Source of the DNA: Acholeplasma laidlawii PG-8A
Lineage (GTDB): Bacteria; Bacillota_I; Bacilli_A; Acholeplasmatales; Acholeplasmataceae
DNA: 32,000 nucleotides
Direction of reading: 5' to 3'
Assembly: GCF_000018785.1 (NCBI RefSeq)
Contig: NC_010163.1
Span: forward strand, 1-32,000
Part shown: piece by piece, positions 19,506 to 29,332 of the stretch
Position numbering within the stretch: the stretch's first letter is position 1
How the letters are laid out: every line of letters starts with the position of its first letter
Program-made: the position numbers and the translations under genes
The notes under the pieces: model-generated
The model's input: the letters and a program-made list of their open reading frames with translations, nothing else
The model's database searches: none
What the model was told of the DNA's origin: nothing

Positions 19506-20280
19506 AAAAAGATTTGGTCAAAACTTTTTAACAGATAAGAATTTATTGAAAAAGATTGTTGACTCAGCACAAATTCATGATAAAAACGTATTAGAAATTG
19601 GACCAGGGTTAGGTGCACTAACTCAGTTTATAGTTAAAGATGCCAAAAAGTATCTAGCCTATGAAATTGACTACTCTCTAAAAGATGTTTTAGAAAATTT
19701 CTTAAGTGAAGATAGCAACATCATATTCCAAGACTTTTTAGAATCTGATGTCACAAATGATTTAGATACATATTTTAAAGGTGAACCAATTCACTTGATT
19801 GGTAATTTACCATACTACATTACAACACCGATTATTTTTAAATTCTTAGAAATAGATCAACTTAAAACAGCAACAATCATGGTCCAAAAAGAAGTGGGTG
19901 ACCGTATGATTAGCAAGAAGAATTTAAAAAGCTATAATGCCTTTTCTGCGATTCTACAATACTTTACAGATGTAAGGTTGGTTGTTAATGTAAATAGAAA
20001 AATGTTTAACCCGGTACCTAAGGTAGATTCCATGGTTGTTCAACTAACTAAAAAAGAAACTAAACTGGATAAATCATTAGAGCTTAAGTTTATTCAAATC
20101 GTTAAGTTGAGTTTTATGCATAAAAGAAAAACCTTGTTAAATAATCTATCTACAGGTCTAAACGAAGATAAAGCTAAGATACTAGAATCTTTAAAGTCGC
20201 TTAATTTAGATGAGAAGACAAGAGCTGAATCACTAAGTGTAGATGATTTTATTACACTTACTGAAAAACTTTATAAATAA
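19492..20280 (+). CDS. rsmA: 16S rRNA (adenine1518/1519-N6)-dimethyltransferase
   Basis: 262 aa. KKRFGQNFL N-terminus, SAM motif VLEIGPGLGALT, GNLPYYITTPI. Confidence 0.95.
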   Translation: MHQAKKRFGQNFLTDKNLLKKIVDSAQIHDKNVLEIGPGLGALTQFIVKDAKKYLAYEIDYSLKDVLENFLSEDSNIIFQDFLESDVTNDLDTYFKGEPIHLIGNLPYYITTPIIFKFLEIDQLKTATIMVQKEVGDRMISKKNLKSYNAFSAILQYFTDVRLVVNVNRKMFNPVPKVDSMVVQLTKKETKLDKSLELKFIQIVKLSFMHKRKTLLNNLSTGLNEDKAKILESLKSLNLDEKTRAESLSVDDFITLTEKLYK

Positions 20281-20287
20281 AATAACT

Positions 20288-20320
20288 AAAAATATTGATC
20301 GATTGTATCAATATTTTTTT
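20288..20320 (+). terminator. Rho-independent terminator after rsmA
   Basis: AAAAATATTGAT (20288-20299) / ATCAATATTTTT (20307-20318), 7-nt loop, T run. The stem is AT-rich. Confidence 0.6.
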
Positions 20321-20432
20321 ATTTATATAAGGACAATCAAATAAAATACATAAATAATTGCATAAAAACATATTAAGGAATCTATTATTACATCAAAATT
20401 TCATAATTATTATTATTTTGTAATGTAAGCGC

Positions 20433-20459
20433 TTGAAAAGGCGGAAAATGTGCTATAAT
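20433..20459 (+). promoter_or_regulatory. Candidate promoter for spoVG
   Basis: TTGAAA (20433-20438), a 15-nt spacer, then TGcTATAAT (extended -10, hexamer at 20454-20459). The spacer is short. Confidence 0.4.
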
Positions 20460-20490
20460 ATTTTTGTATCAAACATCCGGGAGGGGCAAA

Positions 20491-20775
20491 GTGAAAATAA
20501 CAGACGTCAGAGTAAGACACGTAAGTAGTGACTCAAGATTAAAAGGTGTAGTAACAATTACATTTGAAGATGCATTCGTAGTGCATGACATACGAGTGAT
20601 TGAAGGTGAAAATGGATTATTCGTTGCAATGCCTAGCAAGAAGATGCCAAATGGCGGTTTCAGAGATATAGCACATCCAATACACGCGGATATGCGTAAA
20701 CAAATCGAAGATTCTATCATCAAAGCATATAAAGAAACACTTGATGCTGAAGCAACAGCTTCAGTTGAAGAATAA
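20491..20775 (+). CDS. spoVG: SpoVG-family nucleic-acid-binding regulator
   Basis: [11 protein letters not shown]...[33 protein letters not shown]...FRDIAHPI is the conserved SpoVG core. GTG start at 20491 with a GGGAGGGG RBS. The track's TTG start at 20464 adds nine residues not found at SpoVG N-termini. Confidence 0.9.
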   Translation: MKITDVRVRHVSSDSRLKGVVTITFEDAFVVHDIRVIEGENGLFVAMPSKKMPNGGFRDIAHPIHADMRKQIEDSIIKAYKETLDAEATASVEE

Positions 20776-20835
20776 ACTAAAGAGTTAATAGGATTTAGAG
20801 GATAATTAGTACTCGCAAAACAGCATCAATCGAAG

Positions 20836-20859
20836 ATATTGCCATCGGCAATATTTTTT
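20836..20859 (+). terminator. Rho-independent terminator after spoVG
   Basis: ATATTGCC (20836-20843) / GGCAATAT (20847-20854), 3-nt loop, then TTTTT. Confidence 0.65.
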
Positions 20860-20971
20860 GATTATAGAAAGAGACAACAATTCGCGTAAATGGTTGTTTT
20901 TTTCGCTTAGATGCTTTATTAAAACATAATTGATGATATAATGGAAATTAGAAAAGGGAGGCTTACTAACA

Positions 20972-21937
20972 ATGACTATAGATGAAAAAAAGGCTAAATT
21001 ATTTACACTTTCCGCTAATAAACCGCTAGCTGAAAAAATAGCTAAAAGTGCAGGAATTCCATTATCAAATGTTGAAGTTATTCGATTTGCTGATGGAGAG
21101 ATTACCGTTAACATTGAAGAATCTGTAAGAGGTAACCATGTTTTTGTGATTCAACCAACATCAGAACCAGCAAATGACCATTTAATGGAGGTATTGGTAT
21201 TAACGGATGCACTTAAGAGAGCATCTGCAGCATCTATTACAATCATCATGCCATATTTTGGTTATTCAAGACAAGATAGAAAAGTTAAGTCACGTCAACC
21301 AATTACCGCTAAATTAGTAGCTAACCTACTGACTGTAGCAGGTGTTGATCGTGTCGTAAGTATTGACTTACACGCGGCTCAAATTCAAGGTTTCTTTGAT
21401 ATTCCAATTGACAATTTCCCTGCTGCACCAACACTAGCTTCATATTTTAGAAGAAAAAAATTAGAAAACGTTGTTGTAGTATCTCCTGACCATGGTGGTG
21501 TGACACGTGCACGTGTATTTGCATCATTTTTTAATGCCCCACTTGCAATCATAGATAAGAGAAGACCTGAACCTAATAAGGCAGAGGTTATGAATATCAT
21601 TGGTGATGTAAAAGGTGCAACATGTATCATGATTGATGACATCATAGATACTGGTGGTACATTAATGGCTGGAGCAAATGCTTTAAAAGAAGCAGGTGCT
21701 AAAGAAGTATATGCAGCAGCAACACATGGTGTATTAACTTCTAATGCAACAGAAAGATTACAAAACTCAGTGATTAATGAGATTGTTATTACAGATACAA
21801 TCTACTTAGATCCAGCTAAAAATCAACCAAAACTTAAACAATTATCTATTGGTGCACTGTTAGGTGAAGCAATCATCCATATTTTACAAGACGAACCAAT
21901 CTCTCAAATCTTTAATAGAATTCAAGAGGATCAATAA
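20972..21937 (+). CDS. prs: Ribose-phosphate pyrophosphokinase
   Basis: 321 aa. [27 protein letters not shown], and the PRPP-binding loop [24 protein letters not shown]. Confidence 0.96.
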
Positions 21938-22512
21938 TGAAACTCATTGTCGGTTTAGGAAATCCCGGCAAACAATATGTTCAAACAAGACACAACATAG
22001 GTTTTATCGCTATAGACAAACTCTTAAGTTACCTAAATACGGAATTAAAAGTCGATTCAAAACTACAAGCAGCATACACTAAAACTAAAATTGAAGGTGA
22101 GGATGTTATCATCGCTAAACCACTGACCTACATGAATTTATCTGGTGATGCTGTTACAAAATTAATGAACTTCTATAAAATAGATGTAGAAGATATATTA
22201 GTTATCCTAGATGATACTGCATTACCTTTAGGCAAGATAAGAATACGCCAAACAGGTAGCCATGGTGGTCAAAATGGGTTAAAAGATATCATTAACAAAT
22301 TAGGAACTAAAGACTTTAAAAGATTAAGAATCGGTATTGGAGAACATGCCCATATGGACAAAGTAGACTATGTCCTTGGCAAGTTCTCAACAAATGAGTT
22401 AAATACGATACTACCTACGATTGAATATGTAAATGATGCCATCATTGAGTGGATTTCAACAAACAATTTTAATAACATCATGACCAAATACAACACCCCC
22501 CAGACTCTTTAG
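21937..22512 (+). CDS. pth: Peptidyl-tRNA hydrolase
   Basis: 191 aa. [49 protein letters not shown]. The ATG shares one nt with the prs stop. Confidence 0.96.
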
Positions 22513-22518
22513 TCTGGG
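22499..22518 (+). other. Hairpin spanning the pth stop codon
   Basis: CCCAGACT (22499-22506) / AGTCTGGG (22511-22518), 4-nt loop. The pth TAG sits at 22510-22512. The following T tract is poor, so this is not a confident terminator. Confidence 0.35.
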
Positions 22519-22547
22519 CTTTATCACGTGCAAAAAGGAAGCATTTT

Positions 22548-25500
22548 ATGACTAAAAATTTATTAAACTCCATATATAAAGATGCCGCCATTTTAAACGC
22601 CAGAACAGGTGATTTTAAAGGTGTATCCCATAGCTATCTACAGACAATGCTTTCGCTTAGATATGATATTTCTAATAAAAATATTTTTGTAGTTTTACCA
22701 AATCTATATGAGGCACAAAAATACTATGATACGTTATCTTCTATTATTGATGAAAGTAAAGTATTGTTTTATCCAATGGATCAAACACTAACCTCCATGA
22801 TGGCGTTAGGGTCTCCTGAGTTTAAAAACGAGCGTCTATTTACTTTAAGAAAACTTTTACAAGCAGATGATAAGTATATCATCATCACCACTCAAGAAGG
22901 TATTTTACACAGACAATTAAAGCCTGAAGATTATGAGCGTAGTGTTAAAAAAATAAGTGTTAATCAAGATTACGATCTTACTGACCTTACAAAAAAACTA
23001 ATATATGATGGCTATCAGTTTAACTATACAGTAGAACGACCAGGCGAGTTTTCTATTAGAGGTTCTATATTAGATATCTATACACATGATTATAAAGATC
23101 CTTACCGTCTAGACTTTTTTGGTGATACCTTAGAATCAATAAAGACATTTGATGTACAAACTCAAAAAAGTATGAATCATATTACATCCATAGACATTGC
23201 CCCATTAAATGAATTATTTTATACGGATGAATTAAAAGAACAGGCACTTGAAAAAATAAGTAAATATTTTAGTGGCTTTAAATTATCTGAAAAAGAAGAT
23301 AAAAAGTTAGAAACTGATCTTATGCATATTGAAGAACGTAAACGTATGGATAGTCTATCTATGTATATAGAGTTCTTTAATGATGAAGTGACAACCATTT
23401 TAGATTTTAGTAACCCATATGACTTAATACTTGTTGATAGTTATAAGATGGAACTGAATGAAGAAACAACGTATCAAGATTTATTAACCTATAGTCATAC
23501 CATGCAAGGAGAGGCATTCATAGGTTTAAACTTTAAAGTAAAATTAAAAGAACTACTGAAGAAAAATCATTTATCATTTCAAATATATTCAGTATCTGAT
23601 AAACCATCTACTGATTTAGGTGTTTTAGATGTGGATCCATTTGTAGGACATTTAGAACAACTGATCTTATTTATAAATGAATATAACGGATTTAATATAC
23701 TCATATCTACTAAGACTATGGTATCTTTTGAACGTATTAAAGAGCATTTAACGAATCACAAGATAAGTTATAGTGTCAACCAGTTTAAAGACGCAATGGT
23801 TGTATTAGTGGAAGAAGATTTACCGGGATCATTTATTGATCTAAATCATAAATTTATCATCTTAACTGAAGATACTATCTTAGATACTAAGAAAAAAGCT
23901 AAGGTCAGATACCGCTCAGTTATTAACCAAGCCGTAAAAATTAGAGATATCTCAGAACTACAAAATGGTGATTATGTTGTGCACTATGATTTTGGTATTG
24001 GTCAATACATTGGTCTAAAGACAATGACTTTATCTGGAGATAAAAGAGATTATCTACATATTGTTTATGATAAAGATGAGGCACTTTATGTACCAACAGA
24101 TCAAATTGATTTAGTTTTAAAATATAAAAGTTATGATCAAGTTAAACCTAAACTATCTAAGTTAAACGCTAAACAATGGAGTAAAACCAAAGCTCAAGTC
24201 AAACAAAAGATTAAAGACTTATCGGATAGACTACTCAATCTTTATGCCAAAAGACATCAAGCAGAAGGATATCAGTTTAGTCCTAGAACAGATATGTTAA
24301 CTTCTTTTGAAAAAGACTTTAATTATGATGAAACCATTGACCAACAAAAAGCGATTGATGCCGTATTTGAAGATATGGAAAGTTCTAAACCTATGGATAG
24401 ACTTATTGCTGGGGATGTTGGTTATGGTAAAACAGAAGTGGCACTTCGTGCAGCCTTTAAAGCTGTTGTAGATGCCAAACAAGTTGCTTACCTAGTACCG
24501 ACTACGGTACTGGCTAGACAACACTATTTAACCTTTAAAGACAGGTTTGAAAAGTATGGTGGAAGTGTTGCACTACTTTCTAGATATGTTAGTAAAAGGG
24601 AACAAAAAGAAGTGCTAGAAAAAATAGCTAAGGGTTATATTGATGTCGTTATCGGAACACACAGATTATTAAGTGATGACATTGTCTTTAAAGATTTAGG
24701 TTTATTTATTATCGATGAGGAACAACGCTTTGGGGTTCAACATAAAGAAAAAATTAAAGAAATTAAAGTGAATGTGGATACCCTAACTTTATCTGCAACA
24801 CCTATTCCAAGAACGCTTCAAATGGCCATGTACGGGCTTAAGGACCTATCTATGATTGATACACCGCCTTTAAATAGATATCCCGTACAAACCTATGTTG
24901 TTGAAAGACAACCTGCATTAATTAAAGAAGCTATTGATAGAGAACTATCACGAGGTGGACAAGTATTTTATTTATTTAATAATACAGAGCGCATGGAAGC
25001 TCAAGTATTAAAACTACAACAACTTGTACCAAATGCAAGAATTACATATGCACATGGTAAGATGACGAAAAATAGAATTGAAGATACACTGTCTAGATTC
25101 GTTGAAAAAGAATTTGATATTTTAGTTTCAACGACTATTATAGAAACAGGTGTAGATATACCAAACACCAATACACTTATTATCCATGATGCCGATCACT
25201 TAGGTCTTGCACAACTCTATCAATTACGTGGACGTGTAGGTAGATCAGATAGAATTGCTTATGCGTATTTAATGTTTGATGGCTATAAAGATGTAAATGA
25301 TGAAGCCAAGAAACGTTTATCTGTTATTGAAGACTTTACCGATTTAGGTTCAGGGTTTAAAATTGCACTAAGAGATTTAGGTATTCGTGGTGCAGGTGAT
25401 ATTTTAGGTGAAGAACAATCAGGGTTTATTGATTCAGTAGGTATGGACCTGTATATGAAACTTCTTGATGAAGTTATGACGGGTAAAGCATATGAATCTC

Positions 25501-25979
25501 CTAAGACAGATACGGTTGATCAAGTATTTTCAAAAAGACACATACCGCCTACATATATTAATCATGACCCGGTCAGAATTGAAATACATAAAAGAATTGC
25601 TTCTTTAAATAAGATGCAAGATTTAGAAGATTTAAAACAAGAATTACTAGATAGATTCGGTCCAATTGATATAGATTTGATGACCTATATGTATGAGAAA
25701 CTTTATAAGAAGTTAGGACATCAAGTCGGTATTGAAAAAACTGTGCATGAAAAAGATTTCGTTAAAATGGTCATATCCTTAGAAAAAAGTGAACTTATAG
25801 ATGGTATGAGACTACTTTATGTAGCCTCCAAATCTAAGATGAATATCAGACTTGGACAATCCAGAGGACATGTTGAAATCAACATGTCTACTAAACATGA
25901 AACAAAACACTGGCTATATTTAGCATGTGAATTATTAGAAATGTATATTGACTCAAAGGAGATAACAATTAATGAGTGA
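22548..25979 (+). CDS. mfd: Transcription-repair coupling factor
   Basis: 1143 aa. UvrB-homology N-terminus, RNAP-interaction domain (GDYVVHYDFGIGQY), SF2 helicase motifs (GDVGYGKTEVALRAAF, IIDEEQRFGV, TLSATPIPRTL, QLRGRVGRS), TRG motif and C-terminal domain. Confidence 0.97.
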   Translation: MTKNLLNSIYKDAAILNARTGDFKGVSHSYLQTMLSLRYDISNKNIFVVLPNLYEAQKYYDTLSSIIDESKVLFYPMDQTLTSMMALGSPEFKNERLFTLRKLLQADDKYIIITTQEGILHRQLKPEDYERSVKKISVNQDYDLTDLTKKLIYDGYQFNYTVERPGEFSIRGSILDIYTHDYKDPYRLDFFGDTLESIKTFDVQTQKSMNHITSIDIAPLNELFYTDELKEQALEKISKYFSGFKLSEKEDKKLETDLMHIEERKRMDSLSMYIEFFNDEVTTILDFSNPYDLILVDSYKMELNEETTYQDLLTYSHTMQGEAFIGLNFKVKLKELLKKNHLSFQIYSVSDKPSTDLGVLDVDPFVGHLEQLILFINEYNGFNILISTKTMVSFERIKEHLTNHKISYSVNQFKDAMVVLVEEDLPGSFIDLNHKFIILTEDTILDTKKKAKVRYRSVINQAVKIRDISELQNGDYVVHYDFGIGQYIGLKTMTLSGDKRDYLHIVYDKDEALYVPTDQIDLVLKYKSYDQVKPKLSKLNAKQWSKTKAQVKQKIKDLSDRLLNLYAKRHQAEGYQFSPRTDMLTSFEKDFNYDETIDQQKAIDAVFEDMESSKPMDRLIAGDVGYGKTEVALRAAFKAVVDAKQVAYLVPTTVLARQHYLTFKDRFEKYGGSVALLSRYVSKREQKEVLEKIAKGYIDVVIGTHRLLSDDIVFKDLGLFIIDEEQRFGVQHKEKIKEIKVNVDTLTLSATPIPRTLQMAMYGLKDLSMIDTPPLNRYPVQTYVVERQPALIKEAIDRELSRGGQVFYLFNNTERMEAQVLKLQQLVPNARITYAHGKMTKNRIEDTLSRFVEKEFDILVSTTIIETGVDIPNTNTLIIHDADHLGLAQLYQLRGRVGRSDRIAYAYLMFDGYKDVNDEAKKRLSVIEDFTDLGSGFKIALRDLGIRGAGDILGEEQSGFIDSVGMDLYMKLLDEVMTGKAYESPKTDTVDQVFSKRHIPPTYINHDPVRIEIHKRIASLNKMQDLEDLKQELLDRFGPIDIDLMTYMYEKLYKKLGHQVGIEKTVHEKDFVKMVISLEKSELIDGMRLLYVASKSKMNIRLGQSRGHVEINMSTKHETKHWLYLACELLEMYIDSKEITINE

Positions 25980-27159
25980 TGTAGGTGTTGTAGCACGAGG
26001 TATACGTACCCCGATTATTCGTAGTGGTAATGATGTAAGTCAAATTGTAGTAGATTCAATTATGAAGGCTTCAAAAACAGATAACTTTAACTTTGATGAT
26101 AAGGACATTATCGCTGTGACAGAAGCTGTTGTAAGTATTGCACAAGGAAATTATGCAACACTTGATCAAATAGCTTATGATGTGAAAGAAAAGTTTCATA
26201 CAAAACATATAGGATTAGTGTTTCCAATTTTATCTAGAAACCGTTTTGCAAGTCCGCTTCGTGCTATTGCACGTGCAATGGACAAATTAACCATTTTATT
26301 AAGCTATCCTAAAGATGAAGTAGGTAATAGTATATTATATGAGAAAGACCTAGAAAGACTTGGCATCAATCCATATGATACTATCATCGATGAAGCAACC
26401 TATCAAAAAGAATTTAGCCATTTTAAACACCCGTTTACGGGTGTCAATATGGTTCAATATTATAAAGACATTATAGAAAAAGAAAACTGTGAAGTTAGCT
26501 TTGTATTTTCAAATAATCCAGAAGATATTTTGAAGTATACAAGCGAAGTATTAGTATGTGATATCCATACTAGAATAGCTACAAAAGAAAGACTAAAAAG
26601 CCATCAAGCAAGTAAAGTCTTAGGGCTAGATGATTTATTAAATAAACCAGTATTGAACTCAGGGTTTAATGAAGTCTATGGTCTATATGGATCAAATGCT
26701 GCTGGAAGTGAAAGTGTCAAGTTATTTCCTCATCATAATGATCTAATAGTTTATGATATTCAAAAGAAATTTAAAGCGTTAACTGGGAAACATGTAGAAG
26801 TATTAATTTACGGAGACGGGGCCTTTAAAGACCCGGTTGGTGGTATTTGGGAGTTGGCAGACCCTGTTGTGAGTCCTTCTTATACAAAAGGCTTAGAAGG
26901 TACACCAAACGAAATTAAACTTAAATATATGTCAGATGATAAATATAAAGATTTATCTGGTGATGCACTTAAAAGTGCAATCATTAGTGAAATTAGTCAA
27001 AAATCAAATACGTTAACGGATGATGCCAAATTAGGTACTACACCAAGAAGATATGTGGATTTAATTGGATCACTTTGTGATTTAGTAACCGGTAGTGGCG
27101 ATAAGGGTACACCGGTCGTATATATCAAAAACTATTTTAAAAACATTTCTGATAAATAA
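25972..27159 (+). CDS. CofE-family (F420-0:gamma-glutamyl ligase-like, COG1478) protein with a large internal insertion
   Basis: 395 aa. N-terminal PIIRSGNDVSQIVVDSI...DKDIIAVTEAVVSIAQGN, central GKHVEVLIYGDGAFKDPVGGIWELA, and C-terminal VDLIGSLCDLVTGSGDKGTPVVYIKNY. These parallel the three conserved CofE blocks as I recall them from archaeal CofE. About 150 extra residues lie between blocks 1 and 2. The start overlaps the mfd stop by 8 nt. Confidence 0.6.
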   Translation: MSDVGVVARGIRTPIIRSGNDVSQIVVDSIMKASKTDNFNFDDKDIIAVTEAVVSIAQGNYATLDQIAYDVKEKFHTKHIGLVFPILSRNRFASPLRAIARAMDKLTILLSYPKDEVGNSILYEKDLERLGINPYDTIIDEATYQKEFSHFKHPFTGVNMVQYYKDIIEKENCEVSFVFSNNPEDILKYTSEVLVCDIHTRIATKERLKSHQASKVLGLDDLLNKPVLNSGFNEVYGLYGSNAAGSESVKLFPHHNDLIVYDIQKKFKALTGKHVEVLIYGDGAFKDPVGGIWELADPVVSPSYTKGLEGTPNEIKLKYMSDDKYKDLSGDALKSAIISEISQKSNTLTDDAKLGTTPRRYVDLIGSLCDLVTGSGDKGTPVVYIKNYFKNISDK

Positions 27160-27231
27160 CCACAAAAGTTACGTAATCATAATACATGCTAAAATGATAT
27201 ATATAAATATGTTTTAGCGAAGGAGAATCTA

Positions 27232-28413
27232 ATGTCTAAAATTGATATATTAAAAATTGCTAAATCAGCACAAATAGCAAAGTCTAAAAATGAGCATGTC
27301 ATTGATGCTACAATCGGCATGTTTTATAATGATGACTCTAAACTCATCATACCAGCAGTAGAAAAAGCATATTATGATCTAGATTTACTAGATGCATTTA
27401 AATATGGTGCTACCGATGGTGGGCCTATGTTTGTAGAAAACGTCATAGATTGGGTATTAGATGATAAAAGAAAATCAGTGGAAGAAAAGTTTTTAATAGG
27501 AGCACTATCTACACCGGGTGGTAGTGGTGCAATTTCACTTATTTTTAATACCTATGGTCATGTCGGTGATAAAGTCTTAGTACCGAATTTAAGATGGCGT
27601 TATGAATACTTTTTGAATGCAGCTAAGCTTAAAGTGCATGAGCATAATATGTTTAAGGGTGACGGATTTGATTTGGAAGATTTTAAAACACAATTAAACT
27701 ATTTAACCAGTATTCAAAAGCGTGTGATTGTTGTTATTAACGATCCATGTCATAATCCAACAGGTTTTAGCTTATCAGATAAAGAGTGGCAAAGTATCAT
27801 TGAAATACTAAATAGTTTTGATAAGAATGAACTTATTTTAGTCTACGATATAGCCTACTTTGATTATGATCCTAAAGGTTTTAAAAATGCTAGAAATAAC
27901 TTCTTAGCATTTAAACAACTGAAACCACACGTTCAAGTATTAACCGCCTTTAGTGCATCTAAATCATTTGCAATGTATGGCGTAAGACTAGGTGGTTTAT
28001 TAGGTTTATTTCATACAAAGGAACAACAAGCATTCTTTAAAGTTCACGTTCTTGAAGATGCACTTGGTAAATGGTCAACAGCACCATCTGTAGGTGTAGG
28101 TATCTTTAATAAACTTGCTACTAAAAAAGATGAATATGTTCAGTACTTAATTACACTCACATCAACACTTAAACAAAGAGGTGAGATATTCATTAAAGAA
28201 GCCTTAGAAAATAATTTAGATATCTATCCTTATAGAGGCGGATTCTTTGTTTTAGTAAAATCAAATAATCCAGAAAAAGATTATGAAAAACTAATAGATG
28301 ATAACATCTACCTTATTCCTATGGAAAAAGGGCTTAGAGTGGCGCTTTGCGGGATAACTACTAAAGAAGTTATAGGTCTTGCAAAACGTATTAAAAATGT
28401 TGTAGGAGCGTAA
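27232..28413 (+). CDS. Class I/II PLP-dependent aminotransferase (aspartate/aromatic type)
   Basis: 393 aa. CHNPTGFS motif and the PLP-lysine context FSASKSFAMYGVRLGG, typical of AspC/TyrB-like enzymes. RBS AAGGAG. Confidence 0.85.
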   Translation: MSKIDILKIAKSAQIAKSKNEHVIDATIGMFYNDDSKLIIPAVEKAYYDLDLLDAFKYGATDGGPMFVENVIDWVLDDKRKSVEEKFLIGALSTPGGSGAISLIFNTYGHVGDKVLVPNLRWRYEYFLNAAKLKVHEHNMFKGDGFDLEDFKTQLNYLTSIQKRVIVVINDPCHNPTGFSLSDKEWQSIIEILNSFDKNELILVYDIAYFDYDPKGFKNARNNFLAFKQLKPHVQVLTAFSASKSFAMYGVRLGGLLGLFHTKEQQAFFKVHVLEDALGKWSTAPSVGVGIFNKLATKKDEYVQYLITLTSTLKQRGEIFIKEALENNLDIYPYRGGFFVLVKSNNPEKDYEKLIDDNIYLIPMEKGLRVALCGITTKEVIGLAKRIKNVVGA

Positions 28414-28418
28414 CAAGT

Positions 28419-29027
28419 ATGAGCCAATTAAAACGTATGCTAAGTGGTGAACTCTATATGGCTGAAGGCGAAGAGTTAGGCAAAATAAGAGATAATATGC
28501 TTGATAAACTTTATCAGTATAACCATGCACACTATAACAATCACAAACTAAGAGATGAACTTATTAAAGAGATTCTTGGCGGTTATAAAGATAAATTAAA
28601 AATTACACCACCGGTTTATTTTGATTATGGTAAACATACTTTTGTAGGAAAGAATTTCTATGCTAATTTTGATTGTATTTTCTTAGATGTAAATACAATC
28701 ACCATTGGAGACAATGTCATGTTTGGTCCACGTGTTGGATTATATACTGCAGGACATCCAATTGATAAAGATGTAAGAATTACAGGTTTAGAATATGGTC
28801 TACCAATCACCATCGGTAACAACGTATGGATTGGTGGTAATGTAGTTGTAATGCCTGGTGTACATATTGGAGATAATACCATCATTGGAAGTGGTAGTGT
28901 TGTAACTAAAGATATACCAAGTGATGTGATTGCTGCTGGAAACCCATGTAAAGTTATAAGAAAAATCACAACAGAAGATAAGATCTATTGGGAAGGTAAG
29001 AAGAAAATATATGAAGAAAGTTTTTAA
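28419..29027 (+). CDS. Maltose/galactoside O-acetyltransferase family (left-handed beta-helix)
   Basis: 202 aa. N-terminal Mac domain (MLSGELYMAEGEELGKIRDNMLDKLYQYN) and hexapeptide repeats (IGDNVMFGPRVGL, IGNNVWIGGNVVVMPGVHIGDNTIIGSGSVV). Confidence 0.88.
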   Translation: MSQLKRMLSGELYMAEGEELGKIRDNMLDKLYQYNHAHYNNHKLRDELIKEILGGYKDKLKITPPVYFDYGKHTFVGKNFYANFDCIFLDVNTITIGDNVMFGPRVGLYTAGHPIDKDVRITGLEYGLPITIGNNVWIGGNVVVMPGVHIGDNTIIGSGSVVTKDIPSDVIAAGNPCKVIRKITTEDKIYWEGKKKIYEESF

Positions 29028-29313
29028 TATCTTAAGATATGTTCACATCATCTTAACTGTAGTTACGATACTTAGTTTTTTCTTATATTTAATTTACTTT
29101 AAAACAGATTATAAAAATGTGACTGCAATCCTTGTTGCTACAACATACCTTAATTTTGTCGTATCTTTAATATTTTTTATACCGGTTATAACGTTCATGA
29201 TTAAATTTAGAGATGAAAGAGAAAATTCACCTTATTTAATGAGTTATGTGATTTATGTTGTAAGTACCATCGCATCTATTATGTTAATGCCCCTGATTCA
29301 AAGTTTCTTTTAA
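29011..29313 (+). CDS. Small hypothetical membrane protein (about three TM segments)
   Basis: 100-aa ORF with hydrophobic stretches IILTVVTILSFFLYLIYF, VTAILVATTYLNFVVSLIFFIPVITFMI and VIYVVSTIASIMLMPLI. Overlaps the upstream gene by 17 nt. No family recognised. Confidence 0.5.
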   Translation: MKKVFNILRYVHIILTVVTILSFFLYLIYFKTDYKNVTAILVATTYLNFVVSLIFFIPVITFMIKFRDERENSPYLMSYVIYVVSTIASIMLMPLIQSFF

Positions 29314-29332
29314 TTATTAAAAGGAGTTTAAA

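Noticed and set aside
20464-20490. TTG start extending spoVG by nine residues
   Set aside because: The GGGAGGGG RBS lies within this extension, immediately upstream of the GTG at 20491. SpoVG proteins begin with the M/V-x-I/V-TDVR motif.
20806-21114. 102-aa minus-strand ORF spanning the spoVG-prs spacer
   Set aside because: It crosses a terminator hairpin and the prs promoter and RBS, and is antisense to the prs 5' end. It has no motifs or RBS.
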